In this document: one piece after another, positions 38,188 through 47,854 of the stretch
Numbering within the stretch: the first letter of the stretch is position 1
Layout: each line of letters starts with the position of its first letter
From: Candidatus Hatepunaea meridiana
Lineage (GTDB): Bacteria; Electryoneota; AABM5-125-24; Hatepunaeales; Hatepunaeaceae
Assembly (NCBI GenBank): GCA_030765125.1
Contig: JAVCDD010000250.1
Span: 14,800 to 78,799, forward strand
DNA length: 64,000 bases
Direction of reading: 5' to 3'
Position numbers and translations under genes: made by a program
The notes under the pieces: generated by a model
What the model was told of the DNA's origin: nothing
Seen by the model: the letters and a program-made list of their open reading frames with translations, nothing else
The model's database searches: none

Positions 38188-39534
38188 TTATCCTACCCCC
38201 AACACCCCCGCCACAAACGTAACCCCCACAAACACTGCCGAAATTAGCAGCAATACCGTAGCCAATCCAACGCTTATCTTTAACCCCGGACCACCTCGTT
38301 TTAATTCTTCCAGCAAACTCTTCGGCTTCCAGCGGAAAATCGTGAACAGAACCATAAAGAAACCGCCCAACGGCAGCATATACTTAAATGACAGGTAATC
38401 AAAAAAGTCAAACAGGTTCATCTTGAAGATAATGATTTCCTTCAGAGCCCCAAAGGAAAGCGCTGACGGCACTCCAACGAGGAAAATCAGAAACCCAAAT
38501 GCAATTGAAGCTTTTCTTCTCGACCATCCTTTCTGATCGATGAAATATGCAGTTACCACTTCGAGTAATGACATCCCCGAAGTAAGAGCTGCAATGGATA
38601 ACAGCGCGAAGAACAGGAATCCCATTATATTTCCACCCGGCATCATCGAAAAGATTGCCGGTAATACGTGAAAGACCAGACCCGGTCCACCGGCTGGCTC
38701 GAATCCCATAGCAAATACCGCCGTAAAAATCGCAATGCCTGCCAGCAGCGCAACGCCTGTATCTGCCACTATAATCCAGAGCGAACTTTTGACCAGGTCT
38801 TCCTTCTCACTCAGGTAAGAACCGTAAGTCAACATCGCTCCCATACCAAGCGACAAAGTAAAGAACGCATGCCCCATCGCCACGAGCATCGCATTGGCGG
38901 TCAGCTTGCTGAAATCAGGCACAAACAAGAATTTCAGCCCAGCGTCGGCGCCTTCGAGTGTAAGACCACGTACAATCAATAGCAGGATAATTACAAAAAG
39001 CGTCGGCATTAAAATACGATTCCAACGCTCAATACCAACCTTAACACCTTTACTGACCACAAAGATACAAAGAAACATAAAGACGGCGTGAGAAAGAACT
39101 GGCCATATCGGGCTGCTGCTGTAAGCGGTGAATGCTTCACCGGCGATTTCGGGCGAGCTGAAATCCTTGAAACCGAATGCAACTGCTTTGTACATATAGG
39201 TCAACGTCCATCCGGCAACCACGCTGTAGTATGACAGGATTATAAAACCGCAAAGCACACCCATAGCGCCTATCAGAAAATAGGGACTACTCGGAGCCAG
39301 TTTCTGAAACGCTCCAACCGGGTTGAGCTGAGTCTTACGCCCGATTGAGAATTCAATCAGCATAACCGGCAGACCGATAAGCAGGATTGAAATCAGGTAA
39401 AAGAGCACAAATGCCGCTCCACCGTACATCCCGGTAATAAAAGGAAACTTCCAGATATTGCCCAGCCCGACCGCCGACCCCACCGCCGCCAGCACAAACC
39501 CAAGCCTCGACCCCCAATGTTCACGAACTTTCAT
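38188..39534 (-). CDS. Sodium-dependent transporter, neurotransmitter:sodium symporter (SNF) family
   Basis: WGSRLGFVLAAVGSAVGLGNIWKFPF N-terminal signature and a multi-helix hydrophobic profile. Confidence 0.9.
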   Translation of the reverse strand: MKVREHWGSRLGFVLAAVGSAVGLGNIWKFPFITGMYGGAAFVLFYLISILLIGLPVMLIEFSIGRKTQLNPVGAFQKLAPSSPYFLIGAMGVLCGFIILSYYSVVAGWTLTYMYKAVAFGFKDFSSPEIAGEAFTAYSSSPIWPVLSHAVFMFLCIFVVSKGVKVGIERWNRILMPTLFVIILLLIVRGLTLEGADAGLKFLFVPDFSKLTANAMLVAMGHAFFTLSLGMGAMLTYGSYLSEKEDLVKSSLWIIVADTGVALLAGIAIFTAVFAMGFEPAGGPGLVFHVLPAIFSMMPGGNIMGFLFFALLSIAALTSGMSLLEVVTAYFIDQKGWSRRKASIAFGFLIFLVGVPSALSFGALKEIIIFKMNLFDFFDYLSFKYMLPLGGFFMVLFTIFRWKPKSLLEELKRGGPGLKISVGLATVLLLISAVFVGVTFVAGVLGVG

Positions 39535-39904
39535 TTTTGTATCCTGTTTTTACTATTTGTTTGTTCAAAGTTCCAAGTTCAGAGTTCAACCTTCAGGTTG
39601 TTTCTTTCACACTTTGACACTTTCGCACTTTTCTATAAACGTAAAGGTAATTATTAGCATTGCCACTGTCAACAGATTATTCGGATAATCTGAGGACAGT
39701 ATATCTATTTTATGAATACTCTTTTAATGATCGACGAGTTATAGAGAACAGGTATAATGTCCCCCGGATTCAACGAAAATAATGTAAAAAACTCTTGCTA
39801 TTAATGTAATTTTTCATATATATTAATTTATCGAGTAATTTAACCTGTTTCTTTCCACATTTTAACTCAAGATTTGTAATTCGTTTTCTTTGGTAATGGT
39901 GATA

Positions 39905-42900
39905 ATGAAAAGTAAGAAATTATATACACAGAAATCAAACCTTATTCCTATTGAATCACTCCTATGGGGAATCTCTGTTCTATTCATAATTGTCCTACCG
40001 TTTTCTTTGATAGCTCAGACTGAGGTTGAGGGGGAAGTGTCGGGTGTGTGGACAGAAGAGAATAGTCCCTATTTGGTGACTGATACTTTGGTAGTCTGTG
40101 ATGATGACACCCTTATTATCGAAGACGGTGTGATTGTTAATATTAATTCTAACCTACCATTACTCATACATGGAACGATGCAAGTCAGAGGAACTGAAGA
40201 AAACCAGGTTATATTTCAAAAGTCTGAAAACCAAGAAGAAGAGTGGGCTGGCATTTGCTTCGACAAACATGAAGGTTTATCAAGTTTAGACAATTGTGAA
40301 ATTACGGAATGTAATATTGGTATATCTCTCAAGCGAGGTAATAATCTTGAATTAACCGGATGCAATATTGCATGCTCTGAAAATGCAATAGAAGCTGATG
40401 ATAATAGCGGTTCCAATATTACTGCAGACGGATGCGAGTTAAGTTCGGGCGAGGAGGGAGTCACAATACATCTTTTCAACGCTGGATTAATCGCCAGGAG
40501 CTGTAGGTTCTTTAGAGATGAAGGTGAATCTGTTTTCAATGTTCATCCCGGAGGGCTAAACTTGACAGATTGCACTATAGAAGGTGACATTCGTATTTTT
40601 ATGGGGGTTCTCGAGTTAACGGATTGCCGCCAAACCAGACCTGACAGCATAGAATTTATAACCTGTGAGGCAACAGGTGTTCGTGGTTATATTCAAGACT
40701 CCATAATAGAGGGAAATGTTACTATCGATGGAGCAGGACAGTCTTTAAATGTGACAGGATGCGAAATTCAAAGAAATCTTACTCTTGGACACCTAAATGG
40801 ACTAATTGACAGAAATCAGATAGGTGATGATGATGTTGAAGGGGGAATAGGAGCCAGTGATTGCAATTTAACTATATCTAATAATACAATAGCGGGAGGT
40901 GTATCCCTGAATGAAAACAGATATACAGTTAATAATAACACAATGAATGGATTGTATTTATACGGAGAGGGAAATTACATTATCAGGAATAATACCGGCA
41001 TAGAAAGATTGCTGGTTCGAGGTGAATCTAGTATTAATATCCAGAATTGCAGATTGAGTGGTGAAATAGAGTTGCGAAATCGTGGAAGTACGATATTTAC
41101 AAAGAATATCATAGAAGCAGAAATCAATATAAGTAGCAGTGATGTTAATTTTACACAGAATACAATCGTCTCCCCCTATCCTGATGAAGCAATTTTGCCT
41201 TCTACTTTTGAAATAGGTACTCTCACAAGCCTGCAACTTAACAGCAATATAATTGTGGGAAATCCAGCAAGGTCGATGATTGATATCGGATATTTAGAAC
41301 AACCTGAAAATCTTGAAATTCACCATAATTGTCTATGGGGGATGTTGTATCTCTTTGATATGTTTCTTCCGGACACGCTGAATTATTTAATCGATTCAAC
41401 AAATCTGATTACGAACCCTTACTTAAGAAACATTGATCCTTTAAATCCGGATTTACAGCCTATCTCACCCTGTATTAATTCCGGCGATCCCGACCTTCGA
41501 CAAGATCGTGATGGAACCAGAGCGGATATAGGCGCCAACTTCTTCGACCGGCGTTTGGATCATCCTCCAGGTATACATTCCCCTGAACTTGCATTTGCAC
41601 AGAGGGAACATGACTTCAGATACGTGGTGAGTGGAAACGATGATCACGATGTATCCTTTCGTGTGTTAGACTTACCTGAATGGCTGCGTTCGGGCGAGCG
41701 CCGGGATGTTGTGGAAGATTCCCTGGTTCTCGAAGGGAGAGTGCCTTTTGATCAGGACGACTTTTCATTCAGGGTGATTGTAATCGACGATCAGGATAAC
41801 ACAGAAGAACTCAATGTAGATGTTCGCGTCGTTGAAGGTACACCGATTGGTGGGAAAATGTCAGGAAGATTGCGTCAGGCTCAATCTCCTTTCTTTATGT
41901 ACGACCATATAATTATAGAGGAAGATGAAACATTACTTATTGAACCTGGTTGCGATATTGTGGTAAGATATAGAGGACTAATGGGGCGAGAGCAGTTACA
42001 GATGGTAGTTTTCGGTGATCTTTTAATGCACGGAACCGAAGAGGACTCGATCAGGTTCACTCCGGAAGAACTTGATAGAGAGTTAGGGCGTTGGACAGGC
42101 ATTAGACTCTTAAAAACAGGGGGAAACTATGGTTTTGAATATATTTCAATTCAAAATGCAAATGTATCTCTATTCCCAATGAATTCTCAAAGCTTCTCAG
42201 TATTCAACTCAAGGTTTTCAAGCGTAACTTTAGATATTCGCAACACGAGTGAGGTGGATGTGCGGTATAATGAGTTCATCAATTGTGGAGGTAGAGCTAT
42301 TTCAATTAAGGGCGCTGAAGAAGCTGTAATTACAGACAATTTATTTCAGGATGGAAGCAGAGGACTCTCACTACAGATGTCATCGATTATTTTAGTAGAA
42401 AGGAACACCTTTAAAAATATATCTTCCCGTAGTATATATGCCTGGTATGTTGATAATCTGTTTATTTCGAGAAATACTTTTTTCGAGAGTGAAGGTTTTT
42501 ATACAACAGCTGGCGACATCCTTATTGAACATTGTACTTTTCATAATTCAGGTACTTGCTCAATTCTCTCACCAGATTCATATCGTGTAAATAATTGTAC
42601 CTTTACAGGTGGTCAGGAAACTGCATTTAGAGCTGGATTACAACCAGATATTGAAGAATCCATAACGATAGAATATACAAATTTCTATGGTTATGACCAT
42701 CCTGTTGAAAATCCAATAGAGTTGAGTGAGGGGTGTTTATCGGTTGATCCATTGTTTGTAGATCAGGATAACGGTAATTTCTGGCTGATGGCTAACAGTC
42801 CTTTAATAGACGCAGGGAATCCAGTTGATCCGCTTGATCCTGACTCAACACGTGGGGATATAGGAGCATTTTTCTGGACTCCAGACGGTTGCACCGAAGT

Positions 42901-43183
42901 TGACGAAAATATAAAAGGTGGTAATTATTTAAGCTATGCAGTTTACCCTAATCCGTTTAATGCATCAGTTCGGATAAATTACAGCATTGAAAAGGCAGGA
43001 GTTACCAATATACACCTATTCGACTTAAACGGTCGTAAAGTAGCAACACTAATAGAAGATGTTTCAAATAGCGGTACTCACAGTGTTATATGGAATGCTG
43101 GAAATATACCATCAGGTCTGTATATAATTAGATTGAGTGCCTCCGGTGAGGAAAGATTCAGGAAGTTGTTATTAGTAAGATAG
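39905..43183 (+). CDS. Secreted right-handed beta-helix (PbH1-repeat) protein with a T9SS C-terminal sorting domain
   Basis: I chose the ATG at 39905 (MKSKKLY...); the track ORF opens at a TTG at 39890. Repeated N-x-(I/F)-x-x-N / C-x-I motifs fit parallel beta-helix turns. The C-terminus reads VYPNPFNASVRINYSI...LFDLNGRKVATL...GLYIIRLS...KLLLVR. Confidence 0.8.
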   Translation: MKSKKLYTQKSNLIPIESLLWGISVLFIIVLPFSLIAQTEVEGEVSGVWTEENSPYLVTDTLVVCDDDTLIIEDGVIVNINSNLPLLIHGTMQVRGTEENQVIFQKSENQEEEWAGICFDKHEGLSSLDNCEITECNIGISLKRGNNLELTGCNIACSENAIEADDNSGSNITADGCELSSGEEGVTIHLFNAGLIARSCRFFRDEGESVFNVHPGGLNLTDCTIEGDIRIFMGVLELTDCRQTRPDSIEFITCEATGVRGYIQDSIIEGNVTIDGAGQSLNVTGCEIQRNLTLGHLNGLIDRNQIGDDDVEGGIGASDCNLTISNNTIAGGVSLNENRYTVNNNTMNGLYLYGEGNYIIRNNTGIERLLVRGESSINIQNCRLSGEIELRNRGSTIFTKNIIEAEINISSSDVNFTQNTIVSPYPDEAILPSTFEIGTLTSLQLNSNIIVGNPARSMIDIGYLEQPENLEIHHNCLWGMLYLFDMFLPDTLNYLIDSTNLITNPYLRNIDPLNPDLQPISPCINSGDPDLRQDRDGTRADIGANFFDRRLDHPPGIHSPELAFAQREHDFRYVVSGNDDHDVSFRVLDLPEWLRSGERRDVVEDSLVLEGRVPFDQDDFSFRVIVIDDQDNTEELNVDVRVVEGTPIGGKMSGRLRQAQSPFFMYDHIIIEEDETLLIEPGCDIVVRYRGLMGREQLQMVVFGDLLMHGTEEDSIRFTPEELDRELGRWTGIRLLKTGGNYGFEYISIQNANVSLFPMNSQSFSVFNSRFSSVTLDIRNTSEVDVRYNEFINCGGRAISIKGAEEAVITDNLFQDGSRGLSLQMSSIILVERNTFKNISSRSIYAWYVDNLFISRNTFFESEGFYTTAGDILIEHCTFHNSGTCSILSPDSYRVNNCTFTGGQETAFRAGLQPDIEESITIEYTNFYGYDHPVENPIELSEGCLSVDPLFVDQDNGNFWLMANSPLIDAGNPVDPLDPDSTRGDIGAFFWTPDGCTEVDENIKGGNYLSYAVYPNPFNASVRINYSIEKAGVTNIHLFDLNGRKVATLIEDVSNSGTHSVIWNAGNIPSGLYIIRLSASGEERFRKLLLVR

Positions 43184-43254
43184 AAAGGAAGGAGGAGCTG
43201 AAGCGCCTCCAATGATCACCCTTGGAGACGCTTCACTTTCGCACTTTCATACTT

Positions 43255-44847
43255 TCACACTTTCGCACTTTTAAAAACATCCTCAAACTCTTCCCCCTTC
43301 CTCCAAACTTCAATCTTTCCATCCTTATGAACCGCAACCTTAGCTGGTCTGGGAAAACCGCAACTGTTCGAAGCGAAGTGATCGGCGGAGTATGTTCCGG
43401 TGTGATGTATGACGAGCAATTCTCCTCTTTGCGGGAGACGATTTAGTCGAAGCTTAACCTTGCTTATCATATCGCCGGTGAAGCATAACCTTCCGGATAG
43501 AAAGGCTTCGACAGGCTCGTCGTCCGGGCGTGATGGGTAGATTTCAACCGGGAATATATCCGGCGTTATAAGGCTATGTCCCAGGTTAACGATCCCCATA
43601 TCCAGAGCAACTACATTATTGCCCTTTACTTTCTTGACGCCCATGACCTTAGCAACAGTTATTCCTGCTGTTCCCATCAATGCACGTCCCGGCTCAATGA
43701 TGAGAGTCGGTTCTCCAAGCTTCTTTAATTGTTGAGCAATATTTCCTTTGAAAATAGTAGAAGCGACACTCTTGTCGCTTGAATTTTCGTATTTCAAAGG
43801 CATTGTGCAAGCGACAAGAGTGTCGCTTCTACTATTTTCATACTTGGTAGAGTTGCTCGCTGTCAACCCGCCGTGGTTGACAGCATTACCGGAAACGCCA
43901 CCAAGAATCCTTTCCAGCATCTTAGCGCCCGGATACGCCGACCAGTATGCCTTGCCAATCCAGGGGATTTCTTCAACATCCTGACCATTTCCACCCTTAA
44001 GATAATCGGCAAATCCCATCGGTATATTATCCCAGGTCACCCATTGCTCACAGGGAAGTCTGCCATCAAGCTGATCGATCAACAGCTTCTTAAATAAAAC
44101 CCAATCCTTATATGACATGTAGGATACTGGAAAGCCGCCGCCAATATCAATATACTTAACAGACATCCCGCAATCCTGCATCTGTTGGGCAAGATTAAGC
44201 AAACTATCCATAAGCCGGTCATAGCCGGTTTCATCGCAGATTTGTGTTCCGATGTGCGCTGATATGCCTACCGGATCAATATTAGAAGCGTAGGCAGCTC
44301 GTTTAAAAACATACCCAGCCTGATCAATTGGAAAACCGAACTTTGTCCAGGGTGTTGCTGTGGATTGATCGGCAGCGGTAAGACCTTCCAACGGCATTCC
44401 GGCAAATCGTAATAATATTTTTGATTTAACATTACATCTCTTCGATACTTCGTTGACCAGATCAAGTTCCCAATCACTGTCAACTGCAATCAGAGTTCCC
44501 GCCTCAACCGCCATTTCGATGTATCTGTCGGATTTTGCGTTCCCGTTGCAAATAGTCAGATTCGGACTAATGCCTTCCTCAAGCCCCGCCCGGAGTTCGT
44601 ATTCGGATACCACATCTAATCCAAGTCCCATCGAGGCAGCAAACTTCACCGCACCACGACAGGGATTTGACTTGACTGCGAAGCTGATGAGGGTGTTCTT
44701 ATACTTCTGTAGTGCAACTTCACGAAACGACTCAACGTTGCAAGCAATCCGTTCCGTAAAAACGATATGCAGCGGCAACCCATAGGTTTCAGTCAGATGC
44801 GATATTAAATTGCTATCAAATTTATTCAGTTGGTCCATTTTTAACAT
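43255..44847 (-). CDS. Fold-type III PLP-dependent decarboxylase (Orn/DAP/Arg decarboxylase family) carrying a repeat-derived insertion
   Basis: PLP-lysine block FAVKSNP, DIGGGFP, EPGRAL and the C-terminal GRLCFTGD. Residues about 322-368 are encoded by intergenic-type palindromic repeats. Confidence 0.85.
   Translation of the reverse strand: MLKMDQLNKFDSNLISHLTETYGLPLHIVFTERIACNVESFREVALQKYKNTLISFAVKSNPCRGAVKFAASMGLGLDVVSEYELRAGLEEGISPNLTICNGNAKSDRYIEMAVEAGTLIAVDSDWELDLVNEVSKRCNVKSKILLRFAGMPLEGLTAADQSTATPWTKFGFPIDQAGYVFKRAAYASNIDPVGISAHIGTQICDETGYDRLMDSLLNLAQQMQDCGMSVKYIDIGGGFPVSYMSYKDWVLFKKLLIDQLDGRLPCEQWVTWDNIPMGFADYLKGGNGQDVEEIPWIGKAYWSAYPGAKMLERILGGVSGNAVNHGGLTASNSTKYENSRSDTLVACTMPLKYENSSDKSVASTIFKGNIAQQLKKLGEPTLIIEPGRALMGTAGITVAKVMGVKKVKGNNVVALDMGIVNLGHSLITPDIFPVEIYPSRPDDEPVEAFLSGRLCFTGDMISKVKLRLNRLPQRGELLVIHHTGTYSADHFASNSCGFPRPAKVAVHKDGKIEVWRKGEEFEDVFKSAKV
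43751..43884. repeat. 88-bp palindromic element plus gctgtcaacc...ggttgacagc module, located inside the decarboxylase CDS
   Basis: The arms at 43751..43781 and 43808..43838 are identical to the arms at 54731..54761 and 54788..54818. The 26-nt spacers are 22/26 identical in inverted orientation. The second module, 43859..43884, resembles 57017..57038. Confidence 0.9.
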
Positions 44848-45017
44848 AGAAATTTAAGTAAATGTCTCATTGTTTCATTATTTCATTGTTATATTGTTAT
44901 ATTATTGTATTGTTACCAAAATATTGCAATTAATCTTACAGCAATACAGCAATACAGCAATTTAACAATTTAGCATTAAAGCAATATAGCATTAAAAAAT
45001 AAAAAAAGGAGAAATAA

Positions 45018-46382
45018 ATGCAACAAGCTCTCAATTTCGTAAAATCTAATCACCAAAGATATATCGAAGAACTTAAAACGTTTCTGACGATCCCGTCAAT
45101 ATCCAGCGATCCGGAACGTAAGCAAGCAATGTATGACTGCGCTGAACACGCTGTCAATCTTCTGAAAGACGCTGGAATTGACAACCTGAAGATTCACAAT
45201 ACTCCCGGTCACCCGGTTGTAACGGGAGATTGGCTGCATGCGCCGGATGCGCCAACCGTTCTTATCTACGGACACCTCGACGTTCAACCTGTTGATCCGC
45301 TCGATCTGTGGGAAAAGGATCCGTTTGTAGCACACATCCAGAACGACAGACTGGTTGCAAGAGGCACTGCGGATGATAAAGGGCAGCTATATATGCATGT
45401 CAAAGCGCTGGAAGCGATCTTGAAGACTGATGGCAAACTGCCGGTGAACGTTAAAATTATTCTGGAAAGTGAAGAGGAAATCGGCAGTGTCAATCTACCT
45501 GCCTTTCTCAAAGCTAACAAGGAATATCTTACTACCGATATAGCTGTTGTTTCTGATTCAGGAATGCTGGCTGAGGGAAAACCGGCAATTACTTATGGGC
45601 TTAAAGGATTGACCTACCTTGAGATCGAGTTAACCGGTCCCAACCGCGATCTGCATTCGGGAACATTCGGTGGAGCTGTAGCAAATCCCGCCGAAATTCT
45701 AGCTAGGCTTTTAGCATCTGTTAAAGATGAGAAAGGACGAATACAAATACCTGGCTTTTATGACCGCATACCGGATATGACCGAAGAAGAGCGCGCGAGG
45801 ATTGCCAGGGTTCCATATAACGAAACAGAATACATGTCCAGTCTGGGCGTGGAAGAGCTATGGGGTGAAGAACCCTATACACGTCGGGAAAGAACCGGAG
45901 CACGACCGACGTTTGAGATTAACGGTATCTGGAGCGGTTTCACAGGTGTAGGCGCTAAAACCGTACTTCCATCCAAAGCACACGCGAAATTTTCAATGCG
46001 CTTAGTACCGGATCAGGATCCGGATGAAATTATGGAGTTAGTAGAAAAATATTTCATCGAAAAAGCTCCTAAATCAGTCAAAGTAAAATTCATTCGTCAT
46101 CATGGCGGACATCCGGTTGTTACGCCGATTGACAGCAAATATATGAAAGCAGCAGAACAAGCGCTTGCAGAAAGTTACAATCACGAGGTATATTTCTTGC
46201 GCGAAGGCGGATCCATCCCTATCGTAGCGGACTTCAAGAAGATACTCGGTGTGGACACGTTATTATTAGGCTTTGCATTACCGGACGCCAGGACTCACTC
46301 GCCAAATGAAAACATCCACCTGCCGACTTTCTTCACGGGGATTGAAAGTCTGGTCAGGACGTGGTATTATTTTGTGAAGTGA
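45018..46382 (+). CDS. M20-family dipeptidase / acetylornithine-deacetylase-like metallopeptidase
   Basis: IYGHLDVQP, ARGTADDKG and SEEEIGS metal-binding blocks. Good RBS (AAAGGAG) upstream. Confidence 0.9.
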   Translation: MQQALNFVKSNHQRYIEELKTFLTIPSISSDPERKQAMYDCAEHAVNLLKDAGIDNLKIHNTPGHPVVTGDWLHAPDAPTVLIYGHLDVQPVDPLDLWEKDPFVAHIQNDRLVARGTADDKGQLYMHVKALEAILKTDGKLPVNVKIILESEEEIGSVNLPAFLKANKEYLTTDIAVVSDSGMLAEGKPAITYGLKGLTYLEIELTGPNRDLHSGTFGGAVANPAEILARLLASVKDEKGRIQIPGFYDRIPDMTEEERARIARVPYNETEYMSSLGVEELWGEEPYTRRERTGARPTFEINGIWSGFTGVGAKTVLPSKAHAKFSMRLVPDQDPDEIMELVEKYFIEKAPKSVKVKFIRHHGGHPVVTPIDSKYMKAAEQALAESYNHEVYFLREGGSIPIVADFKKILGVDTLLLGFALPDARTHSPNENIHLPTFFTGIESLVRTWYYFVK

Positions 46383-46400
46383 TGTTCTAAAGAACTTTTT

Positions 46401-46470
46401 CACCGCAGAGGGCGCAAAGATAACAGAGAAGCATAATAATTACTTTGCGTTCTCTGCGATCTCTGCGGTA
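46401..46470. repeat. accgcagag ... ctctgcggt hairpin repeat, copy 1
   Basis: caccgcagagggcgcaaag ... ctttgcgttctctgcgatctctgcggt. Related copies lie at 55555..55618, 56956..56984 (half copy) and 48116..48138 (half copy). Confidence 0.75.
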
Positions 46471-46477
46471 AAACAAA

Positions 46478-47854
46478 TCACTGCTTGATCTCATACTGCT
46501 TCATCATCGTTTGAAAATTCCTTCGCTGCATTCCGACTTCTCTGGCAGCGCGGGTCACATTTCCATTTGATCGGCGTAAAGCCTCGGTAACGAACGCTTT
46601 CTCAACCTCAGTAACTGCCGCATGGCGTAATCTCTTTTTAACCGATTTAAGTTCATTAACTGTTGACGGAGGTAGCCCTGACCATACTGAGGATTGGACA
46701 TCTCCCATAACCTGTTGATAATGCATAAGATCAACCGTATCCGATTCGCATACTGAGACCATCCGTTCTACACATTGCGATAATTCGCGTATATTTTTAT
46801 GCCAGTGACGATGTTGCAGCTTTGTCATCAGGTTTCCCTCCACTTTGCTCACAGGTCGGTTATATCTTTTGGCAAAACGACGGAGTATTCGATAGACAAG
46901 AGCGGGAATATCCTCGCTTCGTTCGAATAGTGAAGGTAGATAAATTGGGAAAAATTCGAGGTCGCGATAGAAAGATTCTAAGAGTTTCCCCTGCCTGACC
47001 GCAGATTGAAGGTTTCTTTCCGTGCCAAGTATGATTCTGCACGATAGTGGACGCGAGTTTATACCCCTTAACGGCATATTGCGACGTTCTTTTATCGCAG
47101 AAAGCAAGCGTGTCTGATCGTTGGTTGCAAGTACTGTGATTTCCGGTATATAAAAGGTTCCGTTGCCTGCTTCTTCCATTTTACCCGGGAAGTAAGTACT
47201 GCTGCTGAATTCTCTCGCTACGTATCCGAAGAGCTGTTCAGATATAGTCGGTGATTCTGCACGTATTGGTTCAAACATAACGAAAGGTTCAAGTTTTCGA
47301 GGACTGGCATCGTGGATTGTCATCGCAACGCGTCTCTTTCCTGTTCCCGGAGCGCCGATTATCAATACATTAGTGCCTCTTGCAGATATCAGTGAGATCA
47401 AACGGAATATCTTCTGAATTGCAGGACCCATCCAGATCAACTCGTCAAAATCACCAACACTCTTCACCTTGCGAACATCCCTAGCTTGAAGCAGAACAGC
47501 ACGCAACTGAAGTGCGCGACTCATCACTGCGTGCAGATCATCCGGTGTGAACGGTTTAGGCAAATATTCGTGACCACCTGGCTTCATTGCTTCAACCGCA
47601 GCAGCAATCGAAGCTGGTCCAACGATAAACACTATCGCCGTTTCGGGTGAAAGTTCTTTCAATCGCTTCAACAGGTCTGTTTTGGGATCCCCTATTAGCT
47701 TTAGATCGATGAACATCACGTCATATTCAGCTTCGGATTGTTCGATTTTAGTAATTGCTTCTGAAGGTGTTAGAGCTGTTTCAACAGAATATCCATCTTT
47801 TAACAAAGTGCGTGAACAACCCTGCACTACAGCTAACTCATCATCAATTATCAA
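46478..47854 (-). CDS. NtrC-like response regulator (receiver, degenerate AAA+ domain and Fis-type HTH)
   Basis: Receiver (IIDDE ... MFIDLKL ... KPF), Walker A GAPGTGKR and C-terminal HTH AAREVGMQRRNFQTMMKQY. The start is TTG, and an N-terminal extension cannot be excluded. Confidence 0.75.
   Translation of the reverse strand: MIIDDELAVVQGCSRTLLKDGYSVETALTPSEAITKIEQSEAEYDVMFIDLKLIGDPKTDLLKRLKELSPETAIVFIVGPASIAAAVEAMKPGGHEYLPKPFTPDDLHAVMSRALQLRAVLLQARDVRKVKSVGDFDELIWMGPAIQKIFRLISLISARGTNVLIIGAPGTGKRRVAMTIHDASPRKLEPFVMFEPIRAESPTISEQLFGYVAREFSSSTYFPGKMEEAGNGTFYIPEITVLATNDQTRLLSAIKERRNMPLRGINSRPLSCRIILGTERNLQSAVRQGKLLESFYRDLEFFPIYLPSLFERSEDIPALVYRILRRFAKRYNRPVSKVEGNLMTKLQHRHWHKNIRELSQCVERMVSVCESDTVDLMHYQQVMGDVQSSVWSGLPPSTVNELKSVKKRLRHAAVTEVEKAFVTEALRRSNGNVTRAAREVGMQRRNFQTMMKQYEIKQ

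Noticed and set aside
40250-40266. Sigma-54 (-24/-12) promoter-like TGGCA...TTGC strings, sought because two bEBP-type regulators are present
   Set aside because: The only TGGCA/TTGC co-occurrences I found have the wrong spacing or lie inside coding sequence. I cannot support any promoter call from sequence alone.
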